From: an uncultured Spirochaetota bacterium
GTDB taxonomy: Bacteria; Spirochaetota; Spirochaetia; SZUA-6; CAVTHK01
Length of the DNA: 64,000 nucleotides
Assembly: GCA_963734495.1 (NCBI GenBank)
Contig: CAVTHK010000013.1
Coordinates: 64,001-128,000, forward strand
Reading direction: 5' to 3'
Of this stretch, positions 42,503 to 54,297 are shown piece by piece. The translations under genes were made by a program, and so were the position numbers. Under the pieces are notes generated by a model, which saw only the letters and a program-made list of their open reading frames with translations, searched no databases and was not told the origin of the DNA. Within the stretch, counting starts at the first letter, position 1; every line of letters begins with the position of its first letter.

Positions 42503-43252
42503 CTACCAGCGACGTTCCACGCGCCTGGCGCCGATCGCGAACAGCTTGATCAGGATCACGCCGGCCACGAAGCCGCCGATGTGGGCCCCGTAGGCAACAC
42601 CCCCGCCGCCGCCGCCGAGGTAGCCGAGGCCGCTCACGAGCTGGAACAGGAACCAGATCCCGATCACCACGATCGCGGGCACGTTCATGAGGATCCGCAG
42701 CAGGATGACGCGCACGCGGTTGCGGGGAAACAGCACGAGGTACCCGCCGAGCACGCCGGAGATGGCGCCGGAGGCGCCGAGCGACGGGGTGTAGGCCGCG
42801 TCGGCCCCCGTGGAAGTGAACACGTGCGACGAGGCCGGCGATGATGCCGCAGACCAGGTAGAAGACCAGGTAGCGCCGGTGGCCGAGGCGATCTTCGATG
42901 TTGTCCCCGAAGATAAAGAGGTACAGCATGTTGCCGAGCAGGTGCGCGATCCCCGCGTGCATGAACATCGACGTGATGAGCGTGAGGTACACGGGGATCG
43001 GAGTCGGCTGCAGTCCCGGGAACGCTGGTAGCGGGTCCCCGTTTGAGGGTCGACTGCCACGCGATCGCGGGTCACGACGTCCTTGCCGGTGAGGATCTCG
43101 GCCGGAACGGTCGAGTAGGCGTAGGTGAACGTCAGGTTCTGTCCGAACCCCTGGAGAAAGACGAAGACCGCCACGTTCGCGGCGATGAGCAGCCAGTTGA
43201 CGACCGGCGTCGTGGTCCGGCCGCGATTGTCGTCGCCGATGGGCAGGATCAC
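42503..43252 (-). CDS. Rhomboid intramembrane serine protease; frameshifts
   Basis: [40 protein letters not shown]. Confidence 0.9.
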   Translation of the reverse strand: MILPIGDDNRGRTTTPVVNWLLIAANVAVFVFLQGFGQNLTFTYAYSTVPAEILTGKDVVTRDRVAVDPQTGTRYQRSRDCSRLRSPCTSRSSRRCSCTRGSRTCSATCCTSLSSGTTSKIASATGATWSSTWSAASSPASSHVFTSTGADAAYTPSLGASGAISGVLGGYLVLFPRNRVRVILLRILMNVPAIVVIGIWFLFQLVSGLGYLGGGGGGVAYGAHIGGFVAGVILIKLFAIGARRVERRW

Positions 43253-43971
43253 CGCCTCCGCCCCTTGCGCTCGATCAGCTCGATGCCCTCGGGCCGCGCG
43301 ACCACGACCGTGTCGACGATTCCGAGAAAGAAGCCGCACTCGACGACGCCGACCATCGCCTTGATCTCGCTCTCGAGGGCGCGCACGTCGGCGACCGCGC
43401 CGGGGCTCAGGTCCAGGATGAAGTTGCCGCCGTCGGTGACGAACTCCCTGCCCGGCGCCGCGCCGCCGGGCTTGCCCTCTGCGCCCGACTCCCTGCGCAC
43501 CTCGACGTTGTAGCCCCGCTCGCGCAGGCGCCGCTGCACGTGCTTCCACCCGATCGGGATCACCTCGACGGGCACCGAAGTCCTCACCAGGGCCTTGACC
43601 AGCTTGCCGCCGTCGACCACCCAGACATTGCGCCGGGAGTTGGTGGCCACGATCTTCTCGCGCAGCAGCGCGCCGTGACCGCCCTTGATGCCGTTGAGCG
43701 CCGGGTCGACCTCGTCGGCGCCGTCCACCGTCACGTCGACCGCGTTCACGTCGTCGAGGGACACGAGGGGGATGCCGAGCTCGCGGCAGAGCCGGCTCGT
43801 CTCCTCGGAGGTGGAGACCGCCCGCACCTTCAGGCCCTGCGCCACCCGCCTGCCGACCGCCTGGATGGTGTAGTAGACGGTGGTGCCGGTGCCCATCCCG
43901 ATCACCATGCCGTCCTCGACGAACTCCGCCGCGCGCTCGCCGGCGATCCGCTTGAGCTCGTTCTGCTGCAC
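43249..43971 (-). CDS. rpiA: Ribose-5-phosphate isomerase A
   Basis: [44 protein letters not shown]. Confidence 0.95.
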   Translation of the reverse strand: MQQNELKRIAGERAAEFVEDGMVIGMGTGTTVYYTIQAVGRRVAQGLKVRAVSTSEETSRLCRELGIPLVSLDDVNAVDVTVDGADEVDPALNGIKGGHGALLREKIVATNSRRNVWVVDGGKLVKALVRTSVPVEVIPIGWKHVQRRLRERGYNVEVRRESGAEGKPGGAAPGREFVTDGGNFILDLSPGAVADVRALESEIKAMVGVVECGFFLGIVDTVVVARPEGIELIERKGRRR

Positions 43972-44054
43972 GACGAACCTCCTCGGCGCCCCGCATCATA
44001 GACAAACGCCGCCCACCTGGCAAGATTCCGGCGCGGCCGCTATCATGCGGGAGC

Positions 44055-44533
44055 GTGGCCGCAGCCAAGACAAACGCGGTGCGCCTGCTCGAAAGCCGCG
44101 GGGTCGCCTTCACCCTCGCGTCCTATCGAGGTCGGATGAGAGCGCCCTCGACGCCGTGACCGCGGCCGCGAAGCTGGGCGTGGAGCCCGAGCGGGTCTTC
44201 AAGACGCTCGTGACGCGCAGCGACCGCGGCGACGTCTTCGTGTTCTGCATCCCGGGCCCCGCGGAGCTCGACCTCAAGAAGGCCGCGCGCGCGGTCGGAC
44301 GGAAGAAAGTCGAGATGGTGCGGGCGGGCGAGCTGCTCGAGCTCACCGGCTACGTCCGGGGCGGCTGCTCGCCGATCGGGATGAAAAAGCCCTACCCGCT
44401 GCTCGTCGACGAATCGGTCCAGCTCTTCGACGCGGTCTACGTGAGCGCGGGAGTGCGGGGACTGCAGCTCGTCATCGGCCCCGACGCCCTCATCGCGGTC
44501 ACGGGCGCGACGATCGCGGACGTCGCGTCCTGA
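44055..44533 (+). CDS. ybaK: Cys-tRNA(Pro) deacylase; frameshift near 44130
   Basis: KTNAVRLL, VFKTLV, LDLKKAA, TGYVRGGCSPIGMKK, VSAGVRG. Confidence 0.92.
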
Positions 44534-44554
44534 AGCGGCGGCGACGGCCGGCCG

Positions 44555-46294
44555 CTACGCGCCTTCGCCCCTGCTCTCGATCTTCGACCAGCTGTCCTTG
44601 AGGCCGACGATGCGGTTGAACACCGGCCGCTCCGGCGTGGTGTCCGGGTCGACGACAAAGTAGCCCTGGCGCAGGAACTGGAGACGGGTCTCAGGACGGG
44701 CGCCTTTGAGCCCCGGCTCCACGAGGCAGCCTTGGAGGACCTTCATCGACTCGGGGTTCAGCCGGTCGAGGAACGTCGCGCCTTCGTCGTCGTCGTCGGA
44801 GGCGTCCTGCGGGTTCTCCTTTGCGAAGAGCTGGTCGTACAGCGCGCACCTCCGCCCGCACGGCATGCAGCCGCGGAGACCCAGTGCGAGGTGCCGCGCA
44901 CCTTGCGGCCGTCGGGGGTCGAGCCGCCGCGCGACTCGGGGTCGTAGGTGCAGCGCAGCTCGCTCACCCGGCCGCGCGCGTCCTTGATCACCTCGACGCA
45001 CTTGATGTAGTAGGCGTGCTTGAGCCTGATCTCGGCGCCCGGCGACAGGCGGAACCATTTTTTCGGCGGCTCCTCGCGGAAGTCGTCCTGCTCGATGAAG
45101 AGCTCGCGTGAGAAGGGAAGCATCCGGCTGCCCGCGCTCGGGATCCTCCGGGTTGTTCTCCGCCTCGATCTGCTCGACCTTGCCCTCGGGGTAGTTGACG
45201 AGCACCACCTTGAGCGGCTCGAGCACCGCCATCACGCGCGGCGCCGTCCAGTTGAGCTCCTCGCGGATAAAGTGCTCCATCACCTTGATGTCCACGGTGC
45301 TCGGAACGCGCGAGACGCCCACGCTGCGGATAAAGGCGCGCAGCGCGCTCGCCGTGTAGCCGCGGCGCCGCAGGCCCCGCAGCGTCGGCATGCGCGGGTC
45401 GTCCCAGCCGCGCACGTGGCCTTCGTCGACGAGCTGCTTGAGCAGGCGCTTGCTCATCACCGTGTAGGTGAGGTTGAGCCGCGAGAACTCGTACTGGTGC
45501 GGCGTCGGCCGGGACGGGGACGTTGTTGATGAACCAGTCGTAGAGCTCGCGGTTGTTCACGTAGCCGATGTCGCAGAGCGAGTGGGTCACGCCCTCGATC
45601 GCGTCGGAGAGGCAGTGGGCAAAGTCGTACATCGGGTAGATGCACCACTTGTCGCCGGTGCGGTGATGGCGCACCTTGCGGATGCGGTACATCGTCGGGT
45701 CGCGCATGACGAGGTTCGGGTGCGCCATGTCGATCTTCGCGCGCAGGACGCAGCGCCCCTCGTCGAACTCGCCGCGCTTCATCCGCTCGAGGAGGTCGAG
45801 GTTTTCCTCGACGCCGCGGTCGCGGCAAGGGGCTGTTGCGGCCGGGCTCGGTGGGAGTGCCCCTGTGCTCGCGCATCTGCTCCTGGCTCAGGTCGTCGAC
45901 GTAGGCCTTGCCCTGCTTGACCAGGTAGACCGCCCACTCGTAGAGCTGCTCGTAGTAGTCGGAGGCGAAGTACTCCCGGTCGCCCCAGTCGCAGCCCATC
46001 CACTTGAGGTCTTCGCGCTGGGCGTCGACGTACTCGACGTCCTCCCGCTCCGGGTTGGTGTCGTCGAAGCGCAGGTTGCACTTGCCGCCGAACTCGTCGG
46101 CGATGCCGAAGTCCAGCAGAAAGGCCTTCGCGTGCCCTATGTGCAGGTAGCCGTTGGGCTCCGGCGGGAAGCGCGTCACGACGCGTCCCGCCGTTGCGGC
46201 CCGCCGCAACGTCGGCGGCGACGATTTCGCGTATGAAGTCCCGCCCCGCCTCGGGCGCGCCGGCGCCGGCCGTTTCAGTGACTCGACTGCTCAT
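44555..46294 (-). CDS. glnS: Glutamine--tRNA ligase; multiple frameshifts
   Basis: [17 protein letters not shown] (HIGH), [48 protein letters not shown]. Confidence 0.95.
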
Positions 46295-46345
46295 TGTTAC
46301 ACCCGGCCGCCTGGCGGCCTTTCCTGTGTCGCCCGACACATGCTG

Positions 46346-46374
46346 AAAATAGCCGCGCACATATCCAGTGTCAA
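46346..46374 (-). promoter_or_regulatory. Sigma70-type promoter of glnS
   Basis: TTGACA-17 nt-TATTTT. Confidence 0.6.
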
Positions 46375-46491
46375 CGCAACGGCCCGCTCGCGTCGACGGC
46401 CCGCTTGTGACGGCGCGTCCGTGACGGCCCGCCCGTGCGCCCCGGACGGTGCGCCCGCGCGATTCCCGCCGTCCGCGGCGACCGCCGGCTT

Positions 46492-47519
46492 TCAGGACGT
46501 CAGCTCGTCCCAGGAACGGAAGACCGCCTCGACGTTCTCGGGCCGGGCGCCAACCCCGAACTCGCACTGCGCGATCACGCCGCCGTCGGCGAACAGCCGG
46601 TCCCGGACCGCCCGCACGGCGGCCTCGACCTCCTCGACCGGCGCGCGGGAGAGGAGGCGCTGCCGGTCGATCTCGCCCCAGAACGTGATCCGGCCGCGAA
46701 AAGGGGCGAGGGCATCGAGCCCCATGCAGAAGAGCTGGGAGTTCAGGGCGTCGACCCCGAGCTCGACCAGGTCCGGCACGATGGGCAGGATCCAGCCGTC
46801 GGAATGCATGAACGCCCGCTTGCCCGCCGCGTGCGCGATCCGCACGTAGTCGCGGTACAGCGGCTTGAACAGCTCCCGCCAGAGCGCGGGCGAGACGAGC
46901 AGGCTCTTCTGGCCCCCCCAGTCGTCCATGAAGAAGAGGCCGTCGACTCTCGTCGACGCCCACAGCTCCATTTCCCGCAGGTAGAACGAGTGCAGGCGGC
47001 CCAGGAACTCGCGCATTCCCGGCGGTCTCTCGAGGAGGTCGGCGTAGAGGTTTTCGGACCCCCGCAGGAACTGCAGGCGCTCGAAGGGCCGCGCGACGCA
47101 CGGGGCGAGCACGAAGAGGTCGGTCGACTCGCAGAACCTGTCGACTTCGGCGACGTCGACGCCGAGCCTCTCGAGCGGGAACCGGACCCGGCTCAGGTCG
47201 TCCCAGCTTGCGATCGCGGGCCGGCTGACCTCGCCGATCGCGCCCGGCTGGATGTTGCGGAACTCGGCGCCCCACTCGTCGACGTAGGTCCCGGCCGCAT
47301 GCGGGTCGCCCGAAACCCGCAGCGGCGTCCGCAGGCAGGAGGGCGCGCCGACGATGTCCGAAGGGTAACGCTCCCGCAGCCCCGCGAGCGCGCCGGGTGA
47401 TGCAGGTCCGCCCACGGGAGCGTCCACAGGTGGCGGGGAACGCGGCCGCGCAGCCGGAAATCGAGCGCCGCGAGCACGCGGGCCCGGCCGCCCGGGGCCG
47501 CTGCCATCCCACGCGTCAC
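46492..47519 (-). CDS. Uroporphyrinogen decarboxylase/methyltransferase-like family protein; frameshift near 47398
   Basis: YVDEWG, FERLQFLRG.EN, FMDDWGGQ, FMHSDG, FWGEIDRQ. Confidence 0.85.
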
Positions 47520-47933
47520 GGCCCGAGCCGGCGCATGAACTCGGCGAACTCGTACTCCACGCGGCCGTCATCCGTGACGTGCATCGCCGCGTACCCTTTG
47601 CGGGCCATGCGCTGCAGCGCCTCCTCGGCCTGCGCCGCGGTGAGATCCGTTTCCAGCGCGATCAGGGCGGGGGTGACCTTGCCGTTGGCGTCGCGGGCGA
47701 TGCGCAGGACCTGCTTCTCGTCGGCGGCCTCCCGCTCGGCGGGGGAAAGGCGGGCGGGGCGCGCGGCGATGAGCCGGCGCAGCCCGTGCAGGAACGGCAG
47801 CACCCCGGCGAACACGATGGGGAAGACGGGCCAGAACGTCGCGGGGGTTCAGCGCCCAGACGACGCCGAACGCGCACCCGAAGGCCAGCCCGCTGATGAG
47901 GCTCTCCCACGGCCCCTTCTCGCGCTTTCCCAT
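47516..47933 (-). CDS. Hypothetical membrane protein with C-terminal winged-helix-like segment; frameshift near 47840
   Basis: Two TM segments, then KQVLRIARDANGKVTPALIALET...GRVEYEF. Confidence 0.65.
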
Positions 47934-48050
47934 GCAGACCAGTTTAGCCGCGGCCGCGCCGGTGAGTCCAGCGCAGTCCACCGCATCCGGCGCCTGCGCG
48001 GCCGTGCCGGCGCCGCCGCCGCGCGCCGCGCCGTCAAGCCGGGCGCCCCG

Positions 48051-48968
48051 TCAGTGGATCGCGCTCAGGTCGTAGGGCGTCGTCTGGTACACGTAGTAGT
48101 TGAGCCAGTTCGAGAAGAACAGGTTCGCGTGGCTCCTCCAGCGGACCTCGGGCGTCCGCGCAGGGTCGTCTTCGGGAAAATAGTTCCGCGGTACGTCGAT
48201 CGGCAGCCCCTTGCTCACGTCGCGATCGTACTCCTCCTTGAGCGTGAGCGGGTCGTACTCCGAGTGGCCGGTCACGTAGATCTCGCGGCCGTCCATGCTG
48301 GCGAGCATGTACAACCCGGCCTCCGCCGACTCCGCGATGATCTCGAGGTCGGACACGGCCGCCACGTCGGTCTCGCGGATCTCCGTGTGCCGCGAATGAG
48401 GGGCGAGGAACACGTCGTCGAAGCCGCGGACGATGGGCGCCCTCTTGTTCAGCACGACGTGAGGGAACACGCCGAACATCTTGCGCGAGAGAGGATACTT
48501 CGGGATCCCGTACTTGTGCTTGAGCGCGGCCTGCACCGCCCAGCAGATGTACAGGGTCGAGGTCACGTTGTGCCTGGTCCAGTCGAGGATGTCGCAGAGC
48601 TCCTTCCAGTAAGTGACCTCTTCGAACTCGATCTGCTCGACGGGGGCTCCCGTGATGATCATGCCGTCGTACTTGCGGTCGTCGATCTGGTCGAAGGTCT
48701 TGTAGAACCTCTCCAGGTGCTCGATGGGCGTGTGGGTCGACGTGTGCGTCGTCGTGCGCAGCAGCTCGATCTCGACCTGCAGCGGCGAGTTCGAGAGCAT
48801 GCGCAGGATGTGCTTCTCCGTCGTGATCTTCACGGGCATGAGGTTGAGCAGGACGATCCTGAGAGGGCGGATGTCCTGGTGGATGGCCCGGGTCTCAGTC
48901 ATGACAAAGACGTTCTCGCCCCGGAGGGTCTCGATCGCGGGCAGATTGTCCGGAAGAATGAGCGGCAT
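48051..48968 (-). CDS. metA: Homoserine O-acyltransferase (MetA family, probably acetyl-CoA specific)
   Basis: [48 protein letters not shown]. Confidence 0.95.
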   Translation of the reverse strand: MPLILPDNLPAIETLRGENVFVMTETRAIHQDIRPLRIVLLNLMPVKITTEKHILRMLSNSPLQVEIELLRTTTHTSTHTPIEHLERFYKTFDQIDDRKYDGMIITGAPVEQIEFEEVTYWKELCDILDWTRHNVTSTLYICWAVQAALKHKYGIPKYPLSRKMFGVFPHVVLNKRAPIVRGFDDVFLAPHSRHTEIRETDVAAVSDLEIIAESAEAGLYMLASMDGREIYVTGHSEYDPLTLKEEYDRDVSKGLPIDVPRNYFPEDDPARTPEVRWRSHANLFFSNWLNYYVYQTTPYDLSAIH

Positions 48969-49054
48969 CGTGGATCTCCTCGCAAGCTCGAGAAGATAGT
49001 ATGTGAAGGCGGACCTCGGCCTGTCCAGCCCTCCGCCGGGCGGCGCCGCCGCGC

Positions 49055-49831
49055 TCAGCGGGCCTCCGCGAGCAGAATGACGTGGTGGTCGCAGAACGAA
49101 GCGCCCGCCTCGCCCCAGCGCTCGGGCCGCATCCACTCGCGGACCGCGGGGCTCATCTCCCGCATGAGCGCGACGAGCCGCGCGACCGTCTCCTCGCTGC
49201 ACCCCTGCCGCGAGGTCCATTCCGCGAAGTCGTGACGCTTGAGCACGTGCTCGACAGCGGCGGGCCGGAAGCCCGCTTCCACCAGCATCCGGGTCCACTC
49301 CGCCTGCGAATACGCCCGCACGTGGCTGGGGTCGCGCACCCGCTCGAACCCGTCGATGGCGCGTGCCGCCTCGTCGTCCTCGGGCAGGACGTGGTCCTGC
49401 ACGAGGAGCCTCCCGCCCGGCCGCAGCACCCGGCGGGCCTCGGCGAGAAAGCGCTCGGGGGCCGCGAAATGGTGCGGGGCGATGCGGCACGTGACGAGGT
49501 CGAACGCGCCGGAGGCGTAGGGCAGGTCCTCCGCGTCCGCCTGTTCGAAGGTCACGTTGGACAGTCCGCGGCCGGCGGCGAGCCGCCTGCCCTGCTCGAG
49601 CATGGGCGCCGCGATGTCCGTGGCGACGACCCGCGCGACCCGGGGCGCAAACGCCAGAGCCGTGTGCCCCGCGCCTGTGGCTACGTCGAGCACCGACCAC
49701 CCCGCCTGCGGAGCGGCGAGCCGCACGAGCAGCTCGAGCTCGTCCGCCGCGGCAAAGGTCTTCGCGGAGGCATACGCCTCCGCGAACCGGCCGAACCGCT
49801 CCGCGGCGAGGGACGCAGCGGGCTCCGTCAT
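49055..49831 (-). CDS. Class I SAM-dependent methyltransferase
   Basis: [34 protein letters not shown]. Confidence 0.9.
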   Translation of the reverse strand: MTEPAASLAAERFGRFAEAYASAKTFAAADELELLVRLAAPQAGWSVLDVATGAGHTALAFAPRVARVVATDIAAPMLEQGRRLAAGRGLSNVTFEQADAEDLPYASGAFDLVTCRIAPHHFAAPERFLAEARRVLRPGGRLLVQDHVLPEDDEAARAIDGFERVRDPSHVRAYSQAEWTRMLVEAGFRPAAVEHVLKRHDFAEWTSRQGCSEETVARLVALMREMSPAVREWMRPERWGEAGASFCDHHVILLAEAR

Positions 49832-50423
49832 GTCCTCCCGACGGGCCCTCGCCATAGACGCGGTCGACGAGGCGGTCCAGCTTCGTCCCGCCCAGCTCCG
49901 CCTTGACGATGTCCATCATGACCCGGTCGTAGCGGCGGCCGCCGATGAGCTTCGACTCGCGCCAGCGGCCGATCTCGCGGAACCCGACCTTCCGGTAGCA
50001 GGCGATGGCCCGCCGGTTGTAGGAGAAGACCTCCAGCATGACGCTGTGCAGGTTGAGCACGTTGAAGCCGTAGTCCAGCAGGAGCCGCAGCGCCTCGGTG
50101 CCGTAGCCCCGGCTCCAGTAGCGCTTGTCGCCGATGAAGATCCCGACGACCGCGGTGCCGTTGACGTGATCCTGCCTGTCGAGGGTGCAGTTGCCGACGA
50201 GCTGGTCCGTTTCGAGGTCGACGATGCCGTAGTGGTGGCCCGCCCCGGCCATCCTGCCCAGCAGCTCCCGCTCGCCGGCTGCGGTCACGTGCCCGGTGAC
50301 CATGCTCAGCCCCGAGGTCACGTCCAGGTCGTTGAGCCACTCCGTGTACCTGAGGTAGTCGTCGGCGTCGATCGGAGACAGGTAGCAGTGCTCGCCGACG
50401 AGCTTCCTGAAGTAGCGCCCCAT
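49828..50423 (-). CDS. GNAT (RimJ/RimL-like) N-acetyltransferase; probable indel at 3' end
   Basis: [31 protein letters not shown]. Confidence 0.88.
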
Positions 50424-50450
50424 GCTTCCCCCTCGTCGGCCGCGCCCGGG

Positions 50451-51440
50451 CTACCGCGCGAGAACCCGGTCGATCTCGGACATCTGCGACTCCGTGAGCG
50501 GGCCCCGGTCCATGGCGCCCGCGTTCTCCCGGACCTGAGCGAGCGACTTGAAACCCGGGATGGGCACGGTCCGGGCGCTGCGCGCCCAGATCCAGGCGAG
50601 CGCGCCCTGCGCCAGCGTCCGGCCGTTGCTGGTGAGAATCCCGCGGAGCGCCTCGATCTTCGCGATCCACTCGGGCCTCGGCCTGCCTGCCGCAAAGTAG
50701 CGCATCCAGGGCGGGCTCTTCGGCCCGCGCACGTCGTCGGCCGGCAGCACCGACTCCGCCGTGTATCTGCCCCCGAGCAGCCCCATCGCGAGAGGCCCCC
50801 GGTTGATGCTCGCGAGGCCCAGCTCGTCGCAGAGCCGCAGCATCTCGGGGGCGTCCTCGACCACGTTGAGGCGGTTCTGGACGGACGTGCAGTGGGCGCC
50901 CGCTGCGAAGATGCGCGCCCGGTCCGGCAGGTCGGTGCTCCATCCGTAGGCCCGGATCTTGCCGGCCTCGACCAGCCCTTCCAGCGTCTCCCGAACCTCG
51001 GCTGCCCGCGCGGCCTCGTAGGAGCCGAGGTGGAACTGGTAGAGGTCGATGTACTCAGTGCCCAGCCGCCGGAGCGAGGCGTCGCACGCGGACCGGATGT
51101 ACCGCGGTGAGGCGTCGCCGGCTCCGAGCTGCCGGCTCGCCTCGTCGAAGGTGTTGCCGAACTTGGTGGCGATCACGACGGAAGAGCGCCTTGCGCCGAG
51201 CGCCCGGCCCAGCACCCGCTCGCTGTGCCCCGCGCCGTAGACGTCGGCGGTGTCGAAGAAGGTCACGCCCAGGTCTATGGCCGCGTGGATCGCCCGCTCC
51301 GACTCCGCGTCATCGACCCCGCCCCACCCGTCCGCGTTCTCCCCCCGCCAGGCGGGACCGCCGATCGCCCAGCAGCCGAGCCCGAGGGCGCTGACTTCGA
51401 TCCCCGACCTGCCGAGCGCCCGTGCCTGCATCGCACCCAT
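50451..51440 (-). CDS. Aldo/keto reductase
   Basis: LGLGCWAIGG, FDTADVYG, IATKFG, IDLYQFH, GKIR, PIPG. Confidence 0.93.
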   Translation of the reverse strand: MGAMQARALGRSGIEVSALGLGCWAIGGPAWRGENADGWGGVDDAESERAIHAAIDLGVTFFDTADVYGAGHSERVLGRALGARRSSVVIATKFGNTFDEASRQLGAGDASPRYIRSACDASLRRLGTEYIDLYQFHLGSYEAARAAEVRETLEGLVEAGKIRAYGWSTDLPDRARIFAAGAHCTSVQNRLNVVEDAPEMLRLCDELGLASINRGPLAMGLLGGRYTAESVLPADDVRGPKSPPWMRYFAAGRPRPEWIAKIEALRGILTSNGRTLAQGALAWIWARSARTVPIPGFKSLAQVRENAGAMDRGPLTESQMSEIDRVLAR

Positions 51441-51449
51441 GGCTCCTCC

Positions 51450-52151
51450 CTACGTCCTGCCCAGCAGGAGCAGCGCGGGGGCCGCCTCCACCCCCGTGCG
51501 CCGCACGCGCTCCTCGAGCGCGCGCCCCTCATCGCGCAGCCGCGTGGCCTCCGCGCCGCCGGCGCCCGCGAGGCGGGCCCGGTGCTGCGCGATCTCCTCG
51601 AGCGCCCGCGCCGCGGTCTTGTCGCGGTCCGCGGGCTGGTAGTCGATCACCTCCGGATCCTGCAGCCCCAGCCGCGCCACGAGCGCGATGAGGACCTCGC
51701 GGGAGAACGTCTGGTTGTGTCGGACTCCCGCGAGGGTGTCGGCGCGCGCGCGCCACCCGTGCACCAGGACGTCCGTCCGCTGCGCCTCGCTGGTCGTGCC
51801 CGTGTGCGGCTCGGCAACGATGATCCAGCCGCCCGGCCGCAGGACGCGCCGCATCTCTGCGAGGACCGCCGCGGGGTCCTTCACGTGGTGAAGGGCATAG
51901 GAGATCGACGCGACGTCGAAGCTCGCGTCGGCGAATGCGAGCCGCTCCCCTTCCATGGTGTGGTAGTCCAGGTCGAGCCGGGGGAAGCGCTCCCGGAGCC
52001 TGGGCCCGTAGTCGTCGACGACGTCGACGGCGGTGACGCGGCCGCAGCGCCCGAGGTGCGCCTGCAGCCGCGCGATGGACCCGCCCAGCCCGCAGCCGAC
52101 GTCGAGCACCCGCTCCGCCTCGATTGTCGCCAGTCGGTCGAAGACATCCAC
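51450..52151 (-). CDS. Class I SAM-dependent methyltransferase
   Basis: [30 protein letters not shown]. Confidence 0.88.
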   Translation of the reverse strand: MDVFDRLATIEAERVLDVGCGLGGSIARLQAHLGRCGRVTAVDVVDDYGPRLRERFPRLDLDYHTMEGERLAFADASFDVASISYALHHVKDPAAVLAEMRRVLRPGGWIIVAEPHTGTTSEAQRTDVLVHGWRARADTLAGVRHNQTFSREVLIALVARLGLQDPEVIDYQPADRDKTAARALEEIAQHRARLAGAGGAEATRLRDEGRALEERVRRTGVEAAPALLLLGRT

Positions 52152-52290
52152 CCCGTCCGCCTCCGGCGGCGCTCGCCGCCGCGCCGCGGTCAGGCCCCGC
52201 GGCGCATTCGCCAAAGTATCATCGGCCTCGGCAACGGGCAACCCGCGACCGACCCTCGACAGAACGCCGGGATTCGGCTATCTGTCACGC

Positions 52291-52908
52291 GTGAGCCTCT
52301 CGCCGTCCGACGCAGCGTTCTGGCGCAGGCTGCGGCCGGGCACGCGGCTCGTCGTCCGCGCTCATCCTCCGGGAGCGGATCGGCCGCGGGCCGCGCGCAG
52401 CCGCGAAGTCGAGATCGTCGGCGTACGCCCCCTCGCCGTGGCCGACGAGCAGGGCGCCCTCAGGTCGGAGTACCTGCTCTTCGATCTGCGCTCGGGCGAG
52501 GCCTTCCACACCCTGGTCGTCACGATCGCGGACGGGCGGCTCTCGATCCGCGTCTGCGGGATCCTCGATGAGGGAGCCGTCGGCACGCGCGAGGAGCTCT
52601 CTCAACGAGGCCTCGACTGGCTGTTCGAAGGCGGCGCGGAGGGCCTGAGATACGCCTGCTACCCCGTCGTTCCCCTCGTCGAAGGCGGGCTCGAGCGGCG
52701 CATCCCTTTTGCAGCGGTGTCCGCCGCTCCCGTGCGCGGTGAGTACGCGCCGCCGAAGTCGGATCGCGCGGCCGCCTTCCTGATCATGGAGTACGCGGCG
52801 CTGGAACAGTGCGAGGAGCCCGTTCTCGTCGTGCTCGAGGAGGTCGACACCGCCCGCGTGACCGTCCTTGCCGGGAGCCCGATCGATCCGCGCCAGTTCG
52901 AGCGCTGA
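52291..52908 (+). CDS. Hypothetical protein
   Basis: Intact ORF with protein-like composition filling the gap; -10-like TATCTG 6 nt before GTG. Confidence 0.65.
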   Translation: MSLSPSDAAFWRRLRPGTRLVVRAHPPGADRPRAARSREVEIVGVRPLAVADEQGALRSEYLLFDLRSGEAFHTLVVTIADGRLSIRVCGILDEGAVGTREELSQRGLDWLFEGGAEGLRYACYPVVPLVEGGLERRIPFAAVSAAPVRGEYAPPKSDRAAAFLIMEYAALEQCEEPVLVVLEEVDTARVTVLAGSPIDPRQFER

Positions 52909-52981
52909 GCGCCCGCGGCGGCGCGCGCAGGCGCCGCGGGCGGTTGCCGCCGGCCCCGCTCTCGGCTAATATGGGGCAGCC

Positions 52982-54191
52982 ATGGATCGCAACCGGTTCC
53001 TGATGATCGCGATCGTCGTGATCGCGGTCGTCTTTATCTTCAACCCTTTCGGCCGGAAGCAGCCCGCCGAGCGGCTCTATCCCTCCTACATCAAGAAGGA
53101 AGTCCTCGACCCGATCAGGGCCGACGTCCTCGCCAGGGCCCGGAAGCCCGAGGACTACGTCGCCGGCCTCTTCGATCGACGCGACATCGTCTTCCTGGGC
53201 GAGTTCCCGAAGATCAAGCAGCAGGTGGAGTTCGTGAGCGGACTGATCCCGGTGCTGTACAGGCACGGCGTCACGAACCTCGGGATCGAGCATGCTCTCT
53301 ACGCGAGCCAGGCCGACATCGACGCGCTGCTGTCCGCTCCCGCGTTCGACGAGGCCCGCGCCCGCAGGATCTCCTTCGACTTTATTGTCCTCTGGGGCTT
53401 CGAGGAGTATGAAGGGCTGCTCAAGAGCGCCTGGCAGCTCAACCGGAGCCTCCCGCCCGGCGCCAAGCCGTTCCGCATCGTCGGGCTGAACGTCCGCAGG
53501 CACTGGGAGTACATCCGGACCGAGGACGACATCGACAAGCCCGAGGTCGTGCAGAAGGTGCTCTCCGAGGGCGTTCCCGACCGTTTCATGGCGGACACGA
53601 TCCTGCGGGAGTTCGTCGACCGCGGCGAGAAGGCGCTGGTCTTCCTGAACCTGCAGAGCGGCATCACCAGGTACCGCAACCACGAGTACGAGAAGAACGC
53701 GCAGGCCAAGGGCCTCTCCGAGACCCGGCGCGCCGGCAACATCGTCTTCGACCGGATCGGCGACCGCGCGGCCTTCGTGCCCATGCACGCCCCCTGGCCC
53801 GACAAGAACACGCTGAGCCGGGTCAACTTTCCGGTCGACGGGGTGCTCGACCGCATCATCGCCGCGCAGCCGAAGAGCGGCCGCCGCATGGGGTTCGATG
53901 TCCGCGGCACGCAGGTCGGGGCTCTCGAGATCAAGACCGACGTGTATCGATCGGGCTATGACAACCTCACGCTCGGGGACTTTGCCGACGGCTACGTCAT
54001 CCTCGGTCCGCTGTCGGAGTACGAGACGGTCACGCCGATCCCCGACTTCATCACCGACGCCAACGTCGAGCAGGCGCTGGCGAACTTTCCCGGGCCCCAA
54101 GGAGCCGCGCAAGCTCACGCCGGCGGAGCTCAACCGCTACATCTCGCAGGACGTGGCCAACCTCAAGCGCGTCCTCGATCAGTTCGAGTAA
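52982..54191 (+). CDS. Hypothetical membrane-anchored/exported protein (possible EreA/ChaN-like fold); frameshift near 54095
   Basis: N-terminal TM; IVFLGE, LGIE and RFMA segments resemble the EreA/ChaN superfamily. Confidence 0.6.
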
Positions 54192-54297
54192 TCCCCGCGC
54201 GCAAGACGCGCCGGGGTGCGGCGCGCGTCACGGACCCACGCGCTTGCGGAGACAAACGGGTCCTTGTGGGTTAGTACTTCCCGGGAGGCGAGAAAGC

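Noticed and set aside
44555-46294. glnS (and glgP, glgX, mutS2) as true pseudogenes or programmed frameshift sites
   Set aside because: Indels are numerous, lack slippery heptamers, leave catalytic motifs intact and cluster regionally, as expected of read error
48051-50423. 790-aa GNAT-MetA fusion ORF
   Set aside because: The middle is Arg/Gly/Ala-rich off-frame shadow of an intact methyltransferase gene (49055-49831); metA has its own SD and ATG, and an indel at the GNAT 3' end likely removed its stop
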